A program made the translations under genes and the position numbers. The notes below the pieces were generated by a model that saw nothing but the letters and a program-made list of their open reading frames with translations, was not told where the DNA came from and searched no databases. Positions 22,720 to 34,784 of a stretch of DNA of 34,784 nucleotides are shown one piece after another (positions within the stretch are counted from its first letter, which is position 1; each line of letters opens with the position of its first letter). The DNA lies in the NCBI GenBank assembly GCA_008636045.1, contig SNRW01000048.1, positions 1-34,784 of the forward strand, read 5' to 3'. The DNA comes from Streblomastix strix. Lineage: Eukaryota.

Positions 22720-25555
22720 ATGTCAGCGGATCACATTGACTAGCCCGAAACACTGCCTACTGACGGATTGGATGATCATCAACCTGGTACTTTGCTCAAT
22801 TTTATCAATTCAATTTCTTATATAATTATGCCTGTTTGGTGTATTTTCACTATTTTTCATAAACCAACGAATCTCCACGTACATTAGATTCTTAGGTATT
22901 ATTTATTTATTAATGAAAGGATATTTCTATTATAATTAATATTGTAACATTAATAGGTTGTCAATAGCCGCGAGATATTCCTGAAAAGCATTCCGCCGCA
23001 AGTATCAGAGCGTGATGTAGTTGAAGCAATTAATCTGAAAATTGGAACTGGTTCTATCTCAGGATCGTTTGTAACGCAAAGACGCCAAATCGGAAATACA
23101 GTAAAGTCACTGAAAATCACCCTAAAGAATCCAGAGTTGGGTTTGATGCATTTTCTTTTCTTTTTGAATTTTTTTTTAAAATTCCAATATTTTTGATTTT
23201 TTTGTGATATTAAGCAAAGAAAATTGTCGATGAGAAATCACTTCAGGTTAAAGACTCTTTGATAGAAGTTTCATACTATGTAGATCTGCGGGAAAAGCAT
23301 GCAGATAACGATACGTCCAAACCATAAACAAAAGCACCTTCACAGGATTTGATTCTACCAGGACCAGGGAATTTAATTGTGAGTGGACGACCGTTAAACA
23401 ACTTCTTAGCCAGTGAAGATGTGTATAAAGTCTTTTCGTAGTTTGGGAAACTTTCCAATGCAGTACTCAAAAATAGTAAATCCTCAGAAAAAATTGTATT
23501 TCTTGAGTTTGTAAACAAAGAGTCTGCAAGGCAAGCAATATCAGATTTAAATGATAAACCTCTTCCCTCTGAATTCATACGTAGATTGAAGTTGTAAACG
23601 GTGAAAAAAGATGCAGAAGGACCTGATGCCCATTATTATCAAGATACAGATTTTATTGGAGGAGAGGAGTTTAACATTGAAAAAATATATTAATAAGATC
23701 CTTCTCTTGCCAAAGACACTCTCAAAGTTGGTTATATCTCAGATAAGCAATAATAACCACATTCTTATCCACGAACGAGTGCACGTACAAACACACAACC
23801 ACCTCCAACATAAACACAACCCTATGAAGATACTAATTAGAATGGACAGAAATTCCTTCCAACATTGCATATACTTGGATTAACTCCTCTTTATGATGAA
23901 GCATATCTGAAAGAAAAGATTGAAAATATTGCAGGGAAAGACTCTGTATAATTTGTGAGAATAGACAATCGCAATAAAAATGAGCATTACTTCCGTAAAG
24001 CGCGTGTAGCAATGAAGAGGAGAGAAGATGGAAATCATGTGATTGAAAGACAATATGAACTTCAACCTCTTAAAGTAGAATGGTTTGTTCCACCTCCAGA
24101 TCGTAATGCTTAATTTAGTGATAATTCACGAACATCAACAACAAACACTTCTGTTAGTTCAGGAGATGAATTGAAGTTACAAGATAATTCTAATCCTCTA
24201 AATGACCATATTTAATAAATGATATAATAAATGTCCTAACCTCTCATGTAAGGATCTATACCATAAGGATTCAACAACAATTTTGGTTTATCGAACAGTG
24301 CTCCACTTACAAATCCTCCCTTATATAATATGATGAACCCAATTGCTTCATTATTTAATAATCCTGGGTATATGAATGGAGCAGGTATTGGAGGAAATTA
24401 AATAATGTAACCAGACATTCATAACATTTAACAACCATCTGTTAATTAAGGTCAATAGATGTTTAATTAATATGGAATTAATTAATAATAGCAATCCATA
24501 TAATATCCATAGTATAATATGAATTAAGGAATAATGGGAAACAATTATAGTTCATTTAATCAACAATAGAACCCAGGAGGTCCTTAAGCTAATCGTTATA
24601 ACCATCATCAGCAAAACTATCAAGATAGAAACCAATATAATAATAATAGATAATATAATAATAATTTTTAAGGGAATTATCCAAACCAAAGATAAGGTGG
24701 ATAAGATTCACAACCATATTAAAAAAGAGATTATCCAAACAGAAGGTAATATAATAATCAACGTCCAGGATAATATGGGAAATCTGCTCAGCATCAATAA
24801 TAGCCACCATAGAGTTATGGATAACCACAACAGGCATTCTAACAACCATATTCATAACAGACACAGAATCCTCAATAGATTCTTCCTCAGTATTAGTAGT
24901 AAAGTCCACTAACATCGATCCAGCAACCTAACCATCCAAATTAATAAATTAATCAATCTCCAATTTAACCATAACCATTACATTAATAGGTTCAACCAAA
25001 TGTGAATTCAGCACAATTAGGTTAGAAGCAGTTTATTCAGAATCAAACTCCAATTAATATCAATGATCCAGCACTTTAATATAATCAAGGAAATTAGAAC
25101 TCCATTTTGAACCAACCATCTTCAGTACTATAAGTTGCCCATCCAACTCCTGTTAATCCACCTCCTGTTAATCCACCTACTCAAAATGGAAATTAAACTA
25201 ATTTTGATTTATCTTCCCTATCCCAAGGGTCAGATGAGGATAAGAAGAATAGCATTGGGGAATTTATATATGAATATGCTGCTAAGGATCATGAAGAATT
25301 GGCTGGGAAGGTATAACAGGAACTATTATTATTTATTTTTTTGTATATAATAATTTTTTATTTTATTCATTATTTTAACATATATATTATTTCTACTTGT
25401 TAATTTACTATATATTGTCAAAGATCACTGGAATGATTTTGGAGCTTGATTTGTCAGAACTGAAGTAAATTGTGTAGAACAAACAGATTCTGAACAAACA
25501 AATCACAGATGCCATTTTGCTTCTTTAGTAAACTGGTGGTGGCGATGCTGAATGA
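22720..25555 (+). CDS. Divergent poly(A)-binding-protein-like protein: about 3 RRMs, long Q/N/P-rich region, C-terminal MLLE (PABC) domain; 5 predicted exons
   Basis: Exons 22720-22786, 22888-22895, 22957-23140, 23215-25310, 25424-25555, all GT-AG and phase-compatible. RRM-like REIFLKSIPPQVSERDV, VFSQFGKL..IVFLEFVNKESARQAISDLN, TLHILGLTPLYDEAYL. MLLE-like DKKNSIGEFIYEY..ELAGK/ITGMILELDLSEL. Confidence 0.82.
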
Positions 25556-25925
25556 ACGGCCACGTCATGTAAATAGAGTATATTAATTTATACATTATTA
25601 ATTAAAATATCTTTTCCATTTTGTAATATACTTTTTCAGGGGACAATTGTGCTTGAAAGAGTTTAGATCTGCGAGGATGCTACACGGAACCGAGTGTTGA
25701 AAAGAGCCCGACCCCGAAAAACATCACACAAAAACAAAAAAAAAATATACAAAAAATAAAAAATAAAAATAAAAAAATTCATAAACAAAGAAAACAAATT
25801 GAATTACGTTTCTTTTATTAGCATATTTAATGTGGTAGAAGATATTGAAAATAAGAAGATATCTAAAAATTAACGAAAAAGTGGACTGGTTTTGTATTAT
25901 AAATAAGAATTGAGTTGAAAAAGAG

Positions 25926-28900
25926 TCATTTATTTTCCATGCTAGGAGAATCTTAATTGTGATCGAAATTACTACTCTCTAACTTGATATTTTGATCTAT
26001 TTCTTCATTTTCATCCCAATCCTTCTCGATAATTTCCCAATCACTCTCTTCCCACTACTCCATTTCATTCTATTCTTCCTAATCATCTTCATTCTCACGT
26101 TATTCTAATTCTTCATTATTGATTTCTAATTTCAATGATAATTTACTTTTTTCAATGTCTAAATCTTTCTTTTATTCATTCCATTCTTAATGCAACTTCA
26201 ATTCAATTCCTTTAAAAGCTTTTAAAGGTAAAGGATTATGCAAATGCTATGATTTATCTTTCTTCGTTAACTCTTTTTTTCTCTCAATTAAATCTTCCTA
26301 TTCCTCCTGTTCTTCTTCTTCATCAACATCTGTTTCATCTTCTTTTAGCTTCTCTGAATATAACTGTATCAAATCTTTTGCAGTGGTAACTACGCCTTCT
26401 CCATAATTACTAGAATCGGTCATATTTCTTATAATTGATAGAGGAATTTTCTCTTATAATAATTTCTTTGTTGAATTTCTTCCTCTTTTATAAAGGGCAG
26501 CGATAAGCATCTGAGTTTTTTCAATTATTCCTTCATCTGAAATTGGATGAGAACTTTAGGAAAATTTCATAAATGAATAATTAATAAAAATAGAATTAAA
26601 AATGACATAATAATTGTTTAATAATATAATAATGTCATTTCAATTATTTAATTTCAAAAAATATATACAATAATAATTCATACGTCATAATCTTCACTAA
26701 TGCATTTAATAAATTACCTTCAAGAATAAGAGGATGATTAGCTGAGAAATAATTGATATAATATTGATTTAAAGTATTCGAATAATAATAATAATAATCT
26801 TTCTAATAATAATAATAATAAATTTTAATAATTAAAATTAATGAAATTAAAAATAGAATTATTATGTTAATGGTATAAACTTTTTTTAATTGATAAATAG
26901 CGTAACGCAGACAATGCAGTTCTCTGATTCCAATCAATTTTACTCTCCAATGCTTCTTTCAAGTATGGCATAATCTTCTGAAATCCTCGAAGCTTTCTTT
27001 TCTATTTTTCTTTTTATTAATTTGATAATTCTTCTTATTTATAATTTGCTTAAAGCATTTCAACATTCTTTCTTTCATTCAAATTCTAAATTCCCATTTG
27101 TTGAAGACCTACAAGTTTACCTTCAGGATAATAAGCTCTATTGAATGCACGCAAGCTTCTATTTCTAAGAAGAAAGGCAATAGCAAATGCAGCCATGTAT
27201 CTAATATCCAATATCGATGTTGTTTCAAATAAAGCCAACAATCCCCAAAGAGCTGATGGTAAAATGAACTATCTCTAATACTGAAATGGAGATGAAGTGT
27301 CGCGAGGTGTTGTTGGTTATTATTATCCTGGTATTGGGGTACCTAATGGTGATCTTGTAACAGCTAATGGATGCTTATAATTGAGAATAGCTCTCTTGTC
27401 TCTAGAATACATAAGAGGAAATAGTGGATGTTATTCAGTATCCACTGTAGAATTGGCAGATCCAGCAATAAAATTAAAAAGTGAATATAGTATATCGTTC
27501 TGAATTGAAATATTGAGAGAATTAAATGGATGATCTTCATTATCAGGTTAATTATAGTCAGCGTCTTCTTCATCATAATCATTCCACTCTTCAAAAAGCT
27601 TGCTTCCTTTCTCTTTAAATTTACTTTATTTTAGTCTTCCAAAGCTAAAAGAAAGTAGATCAGAAAGAACATCAACTGTTCCTTTTAATATAAGTTTCTT
27701 CTTGAGTTCTGTGGTTGTAGCAGAAAATGCATAAAGAGTAAATGGATATATTTATTTTGTGAGTTGAATTGGATGACTTGTTGTTAATGGCTATTGATTA
27801 TTTTATGCGGTGTATGATGATTAAATTTGAGATTAAATTTGTGATTGATGTATAAAAATAGAATGATATTTTGATGGTATTGTAGTAGATGAAGTGAGAA
27901 GTTATATTGTTTTCTATGCTGAAGTAAATGAATAGTTAAATTAACCACTCAATTATGAATGAGGTGAATTGAGTAAAATTTTGGAATTTGATTTTAGTGA
28001 TGGTTAAGGATATTCATAACTTGAAAAACTCTCTTAATTTTTAGTTTCAATCATATCTTTCATTCTTCTAAGAAGCTCATCAAAAATACCTTATTCAATA
28101 CATTCTTTTACTGCTTCATTATTCTCACGAACAATCTCACGAATGCAAAGCCAAATATCTTCCTCTTCATCATCAGTTTGTTAAATAGAATCAATCAATT
28201 ATTTATTTTATTTTTATTCCTTATCATATATACGTTCATATTCTTTTTCTTTCCTGATTCTTCAGGACTCTTTAGTACGCTACAGTTATGCTTCATCTGC
28301 ATTGGCATTTGCACGTCTTTCAAAATTCTACTCAGATTCAGCTGCTTATAATTCTTCTTCAATCTTCTTCTTCTTTTCATTATAAATATTTTCAGCTTCT
28401 TTTTCTTCTTTCATATTTAATATATGTTTATCCTTACGCTAAACTATAACAGATTTAGTCGTTTATTGCAAACTAATATTTCTATTTTCAATGAGTTTGA
28501 GTAATTAGAGAAACTCAATTAAAAATCCACCTGTACTTAGATTCAAATGCTATGAATTGGAAGCACTTGTTAATCCAAGTCTAAGAATGTGTGTGCATAA
28601 TGATGTGAGTATTTGATCTTAGTCACTGAATTAATATAACATGAAAATATAATTGAATAATAATTGTATTATATTTAATTATTTAATTAGATTTATAAAA
28701 ATTATTCTATAATATGATACATACAAATGACTTATGACAGAAAGTGTGATACGAGATCCAAGAGTATTAAGCAATTGTTCAGGAATAGGATATTATTATA
28801 ATTATCCATTAAAAGGTTATTTATTTCTCTCAGTGTCATTATTTTCTTACAATTAAATCTTTCTTCCTTTAATAATATATTCAGAAGAAGCTTTAATAAA

Positions 28901-30046
28901 ATCAGAAATAAGAAGAGAATTTATTTATTCAGAAGGAGTGATCTTGGATTCTTCATTTTCACCTGATCCTACTTTATTCATTCTTTTTTTGAGTGTTTCC
29001 AATTTCTATTTTTCTCTCAAACGTTCATCTTCTCTTTCCGCCTTCTATTCTTCCATCTGTTAAACAATTTCTTTTAATTTTTATTCTTATGCTTTTTTAG
29101 ATTCTTCTAATGCTGCCATCTTCTTCTAATTCAATTTCTATTATTCTTCCTTATCCATAAATTTCTTCTTAAATTCTTATTCACGTCTTTATAATTCATT
29201 TTGATAGAAATCTTTATCTTATGTTCTTCTTTCAAGTTCAACTGTTAACTTGTATACTTAATCATCTCTTTCGATAATCATTTGTTTTAATTCAGATATT
29301 TCTTTCTATATATTAATAGCATTATTCTTCTCTTAAATAAAATCTTCTTTTGTGCTTTTGGTTTTCTTATCATCAATCAATTTTTAATCTTATATATAAT
29401 CTTTCAATTTATCACTTACAAATGTATCCTATAATTCTACTTCCTCTTAATCTTATTACAGCGAATCAGATCTTTTCTAAGAAAGTTTATCCTTTTCTTT
29501 TTCTTCAGATTATGATTTCTTTCTATTATTCTTTTTTACTTTTTCTTTGTTAGATTAGGAAGAAGAAACAGATCTCTTTTATGAATGTGATTTCTTTTTG
29601 TTATGTTTACCTACTTTTTCTTTTACTTTATTTGATTAGGAAGAAGAAACAGATCTTTTTCTTTAATGTTTCTTTTCTTTTTCTTCTTTTATTTAAATTG
29701 GAGAATGTGGTTTTCTTTTTTAGACATCCTTATCTTTTACTACTATTGGTTAATCTGATGTTATTGTCTTTCTTTTAAGGAGTTTGTTTGTTTATTCATC
29801 ATAAAACTAGTCTAACTGAGTTACACTTGGTATATGTTTTTTAATACCAGAAGATTTTCCATCAAAGATATTTTTCTCGGAATCTTTGTGCGATAACTTT
29901 TGTTTCTTTTTCTCATGCATATGTTAAGAGTCTGCACCATCTTCAAGTGGTGTTTTTTCAATAGTACGCTTATGAATTTTGTTTTTGTCATTCTCTACTT
30001 CTTCGATCTAATGTGATTTGCTTTTTTTATTGTGAACTTTTGCCAT
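25926..30046 (-). CDS. Host hypothetical protein: K/S-rich N-terminus, coiled coil, helical (ARM-like) region, acidic tail; several introns
   Basis: MAKVHNKKSKSH.. from 30046; RSVSSSQS repeats; ILPSALWGLLALFETTSILDIRYMAAFAIAFLL; ends SPSMENK-TGA at 25926. AT-rich GT-AG intron e.g. 28626-28724; others near 26.5-26.9 kb not resolved. Confidence 0.6.
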
Positions 30047-30650
30047 TGATTTTCTAAAAAAAGAATAAAAAATAAAAAAAATGTACATTTGTTATTCCAT
30101 TTAATAAACTAATAGATAAAATTGAATATAAATATATTGTTATATTTTTATGTAATTAAAATTAATAAAATGAAAAAGTAAATTCAAATAAGACAGAAAA
30201 CAAAAAAAACATTCTATTTTGCTGAAATAAATCTAGTTCGGAGAGCGATAAACACAATTTTATTACAATTATTATTTACAATGTTAAATATATTGATGAT
30301 TTAAATTAATGAAATCTCCTATCTAGTATTTTTTTTTTTAATTCAAGATCAAACACCATTCACAAAATAGATTATTTCCCGAAAAAAAGGTTGTCATAAT
30401 CTTAAGCTATGATAATAAAATGGTGCCTTTAGAGATTCTCATATCATTGAACTGTCTTCCTAATCATTTTTTTATCTTGTGTTGGCTTAACGAACAACGA
30501 ATCGAAAAATCGAAAAACCAACCAATTAAGTAAACTCAAAATTTTTTCTTCATTTAATTGGATTAAAATTTGCTTAAACTTTATTACCTATAATTATTTA
30601 TATTAGAATTATATTTTTATTATTGATTTAGACATTTAGCTGCGACAAAA

Positions 30651-33600
30651 ATGGCATTGAAGTTTAAAACAACTGTGCATGGTTTGAGGCTTTGTTGAGC
30701 TTAATATTTTTACTTTTTTTTCAGTGCTCAATATGGTTGGTTAGTAAGAGAGCTCAATGCATACTTATGCAGAGGAAGAGAAGACAGCATATGTTGAATT
30801 CATAAATTAGAATCTCATTGGTGATCCAGAACTCGCAAATAAGCTTCCAATCAACTCAGAAGGAAATGATATTTTTGAAATAATGAAGGATGGGTTACTT
30901 ATAATGAAGATGGTCAATTTTATAAAGCCAGGAACAATTGGTTTGATATATATTCAATTCTCTTATAATAAATTTATTATTATTATATTTACAGATGATA
31001 GACTATTCAATAAAAATGCTAGGAATTAGTTTTAAACTGGTGAAAATCTCACAGTAGTTTTAGATGGTGCTCGTTCTATAGGTATGAGAAGTTTAAATAT
31101 TTAATTTACTATATTCTTATCATTTTATCATTTATTAGGATGCAAATTATAGGGAATCACATCTAAAAACATCCAAGAAGGTAATACTATGCTTGTTTTC
31201 TCTTTGATGAGATAGCTTGTTACTGTATATATAAATTTTTATTGCAAAATTTCTTTCTTTAATTATTATAACATAATTCAGTAAAAACTTACTACAAAAA
31301 TCAATCTTGTAGATCATCCAGAAATCTTTCGATTGGTAAAAGAGAACGAATCACTTGATGCATTTAAGAACCTTGCCTCTGAAATGCGTCTTTTACGTTG
31401 GTTCAACTATCATCTTGAGAAGGCAGGTCATTCAAGAAGAGTTGTCAATATCTCAGAAGACTTGAAGGATGGAGAGAATTACACAATTCTTCTGAATTAA
31501 CTTAATAAGAAGAAATGTTCAACTGACCCATTGTAGGAAAAAGATTTGAATAAAAGAGCTGAACTTGTGCTTGAAAATAGCGAGAAGCTTGGATGTAAGA
31601 GATTTATTAAAGCATCTGATATAACGAATGGGAATAAAGAACTCAATCTGGCATTTATTGCAGATCTGTTCAATAAATGTCCTGGATTTGATGAATTTGA
31701 TGAGAAAGAACTGAATGATGCTCAGAGGAGAATATTAGAAGAAGCGAGGAAGTAGAGAGAGGAAGAAGATAGGATGTGGAGGAAGGAGAGGGATGATGAT
31801 CTTCGTAAGCGTCATTTGTCAATTAAGATGTTGGATTAAGAAGAAGAATAGAAAAGGAGAGCTATGGAGGAAGCTGCCAGAAAGAAAGCAGAAATTGAGT
31901 AGGAAGCTGAATTAGCTTCAAAGAAGAAGAAAGAAATGGAATAACAAACAGAAGAAATGGGAAGATAGAAAAGAGAATTAGAAGAGTAGTTGAGAAAGAT
32001 GAAAGAAGAAGCAAAAGAATTTGAATTGAGAAAGTAAAGGGAGAAAGAAGAAGAAGAAGAAAGAAAGAAGAAAGAAGAAGAAGAAAGAAAGAAGAAAGAA
32101 GAGGAAGAGAAGTTTACGAGAGTCTTGGAAGAGATTAGATAAAAGAAAGAAGAAATTGAAAGGAAGAGAAAAGAAGAAGAAGAGAAGAAAAGGAAGGAAT
32201 TAGAGGAATAAGAGCGTTTGGAAGAAGAAAGAAGGAAAAGAAAAATGTAAGATCTTGAAGAACTGAAGAGGAAATAAGAAGAAGATGAAAGAAGAAGAGA
32301 AGAAGATGAAAAGAAGAGGAAAGAATCAGAAGAGGAAAGAAGATTGATTGAAGAAGAGAAAAGGAAACTTGAAGATGAAAAGAGGAAATTGGCTGAAATG
32401 AAGAAAAAAGAAGAAGAAGAAAGAAGAAGAAGGGAAGAAGAAGAATAAAAGAGAAGAGAAGAAGAAGAAAGAAAAAGAAGAGAAGAAGAATAATAAAGAC
32501 TGTAGGAAGAATAAGATAGAAAGACGAGGGAAATAGCTGATAGAAAAAGAAGGGAATATGAACTTGAATTAGAACTGCAAAGAAGAAGAGATTAGGAGAA
32601 TGAGGAAATGGAGAAGAGATTAAAGTTAGCTGAAGAGAAGCTGAGAAAAGAAGATGAGGAGAAGAAGAAAAGAGAAAGAGAATTATAAAGAGAGAAAGAA
32701 AGAGAAAAAAGAAAGAAAGAAGAAGAAGAGAAAAGGAGAAAATAAAAAGAAAGAGAATTGGAATTGAAGAAACTTGAGGAATAAGAAGAAACAGAAGATT
32801 AATTGAAACGGAGAGCTTTGGAAGAGAGAAATTTGCTTGAATAAGAACTTTATGACTATACTCATGGGACTCCTTAGACATTCTAACCTGTTATCACAGA
32901 TACTTAATTGAGAGGAGACGGAGTAATATAATCTTTGCTTACAGGTGATTAAAGTAAAGATGATTTGATATTTGAATTGTGCGATGATGAAGATAACACA
33001 GATAAGAAAATAATGGATGACAGAAAGAAACAAGCCGATGTTGTTGATGAGAATATCTTTTGGTTTGGTAAATAAGCTGATAGCACAAGACTTCTTGAGA
33101 TGGCTGAAAAGGAAGTTCGGACACTCTTTGAAGATGCAGACAGATTCAAGAGGAAATATGATGATAAAAAGAAGAAATAGGATGATGAAAGTAAAAAAGA
33201 AAAAGCAAATACAAAAGATAAGGATAAGGAGAAGGAGAAAGATAAACAATAAATGTTTGTTGGAAGAGAACTTGAGAAATTCTTTGAAACTGATCTTGAA
33301 GAGTAAAGATAGAAAGATAAGGATAAATTAAGAGCTAAAGAAGCAGAGAAGGAGAAAACTAAAGATAAAGATAAGGACAAAGATAAAAGTGGTAAAAGAA
33401 AAAGAAGCCCATCTCCAAATAATGATCTTTTTGGAGATGATGAAGATGGATGGATTTATCTTAGTCCATTTTTATTAACGGATGTTCTATTGATTCATGA
33501 ATATGAAAGAAAAAGGTTATAATACAGTGTTTTAAGGTAATAAAGTATTAATGAATGGTTATAGAAGCATAAATAGAAAGATAATAGACCAATTGATATT

Positions 33601-34400
33601 TGGCAAGCTGGATTAGAATAGCTTCTTGGAGAAGGATTTTCAGGATGGACGTTGGATGATAGGAAATGGATTCTATCTGAACTAGAGAAAGAAGGAGGAG
33701 GGAAGATTGGAGCTAATAAAATAATTCAGAGACATGTTGATAGATATAAAAGAGCATTGAAAGTTGATATTTCATTATGGCCTTATACTTAACCAGATAC
33801 AAAAGGAAAAATACAATCTCCTGCATCAAAGTAATCAACACTTAAAGAATCAGATTAACCTTCAAAAGAATAATATGAAGCTAAAAAAGATCTACTTGAA
33901 GCAGATGCAGATTTAACTATCATCTTGCTTAGTCGCACATCAGTTACTCATATTCCTCTTCTTACTGACCCTGAGTTTATTGGACTCTTAACAGATTGCC
34001 TTGCCAGGCATAAGAGAGATCTATCTTATTATCCTTTAGCTTCGATGATTGCATTGCTGTGTCGTAGAGAAGATAACCATAAAGCAATTATATCTACGAA
34101 TGCGCACAAATTAAGATATGATATAGTCAAAGATCCAACAAAAGCAGGAGCTGCACCAATCTCCTTCTCAGAAATGTGCTGCTTTTTAGCAACATCAGAG
34201 AGAGGCAAAATAACACTTCTTGAATCTGGAGACAAAGATTATGCCGCAAAGGCAAAGATGATTCTTGTTATGTATGGAAATCTTGATGAATATGCTACAA
34301 GATATGTGACTGGGTTCTTTTATCAAATAACAAAATCAAAGTAGTATGTGCCTATTCTGAAAGATAAAGGAGTTGATAAAGAGATTATTGATTTATTAAA
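30651..34400 (+). CDS. Fimbrin/plastin-type actin-binding domain (CH1-CH2) fused to a long E/K/R-rich rod and a helical C-terminal region; 3' end uncertain
   Basis: Introns 30682-30724, 30941-30994, 31082-31138, 31225-31281. HTYAEEEKTAYVEFINQNL..KDGLLIMKMVNFIKPGTID..LLRWFNYHLEKAG..DLKDGENYTILLNQL..LNLAFIADLFNKCPG is a fimbrin ABD1. Frame +1 stays open (TAR=Q) to TGA 34594-34596. Confidence 0.85.
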
Positions 34401-34784
34401 TAGGCAAGCCACTGCATCCAGCCATCTTCCCAAGAATACCCAATGGTCCTAAAGCTTCTAATGCAATCGCACGATGCCCTTCTCTCCCATTACGACTGAT
34501 GTCACTTAAGCAACTCAAGGCAAAACGCACAGTGTCAGGTTCGCCGTTCATTGCTCCATGAGCTACTCTGAAGCATATCCATGCACCTCCATTTGAGATA
34601 AAGTTATCACAAATGGATTTTTGAGATGTTGAATTATACATTGAGCCCAACGACAGCCTTGTAACGTCTTCATGTATTGCACGAGCTCTCATATCCTTCA
34701 TCACTTCTTTTTCTAAATTTCTATATTTTATACGCATTTCCTTTTGAGTTGTTGGGGTTTTTTATGTTTCTTTTTCTTTTTCTT
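34396..34784 (-). CDS. Partial helical-repeat (ARM-like) ORF running in from beyond the window
   Basis: ICDNFISNGGAWICFRVA..DTVRFALSCLSDISRNG..ALEALGPLGILGKM is ARM-like; the frame is open to the window edge with TAR=Q. Confidence 0.55.

Noticed and set aside
32135..33380. Long F/L/S-rich minus-strand ORFs in the track that look like membrane proteins
   Set aside because: They are antisense shadows of the purine-rich E/K/R rod encoded on the plus strand.
1..34784. tRNA, rRNA or prokaryotic features
   Set aside because: None recognised; spliceosomal introns and gene content indicate a eukaryotic nuclear region.

Overview
Very AT-rich eukaryotic DNA with GT-AG introns. It only reads sensibly if TAA/TAG encode Gln and TGA is the stop (translation table 6), so the supplied ORF track misses almost every real gene. 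The code plus the content fit an oxymonad such as Streblomastix, but that is an inference. From 1 to about 19.5 kb is a mobile-element island. It opens with a pogo-type (DDE_1) transposase fused in frame to an OTU-type cysteine protease. Next is a decaying ~16 kb Polinton/Maverick-like endogenous virus (rve integrase, protein-primed PolB, A32-like packaging ATPase, KilA-N protein, HNH nuclease, putative minor and major capsid proteins, small structural-like ORFs). A second, more decayed DDE_1 transposase closes it. The viral genome is cut into gene modules by six copies (two subtypes) of a ~110-bp non-coding element in mostly alternating orientation, and it carries a cluster of three hairpins. 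From 20 to 34.8 kb are a MITE with an 8-bp target duplication and host genes: a divergent PABP-like RRM+MLLE protein with a predicted 8-nt micro-exon, a long coiled-coil/helical-repeat protein, and a protein with one fimbrin actin-binding domain plus a long charged rod. That last gene collides head-on with an opposite-strand ORF near 34.4 kb. All translations were done by eye, and the ends of frameshifted genes are approximate.
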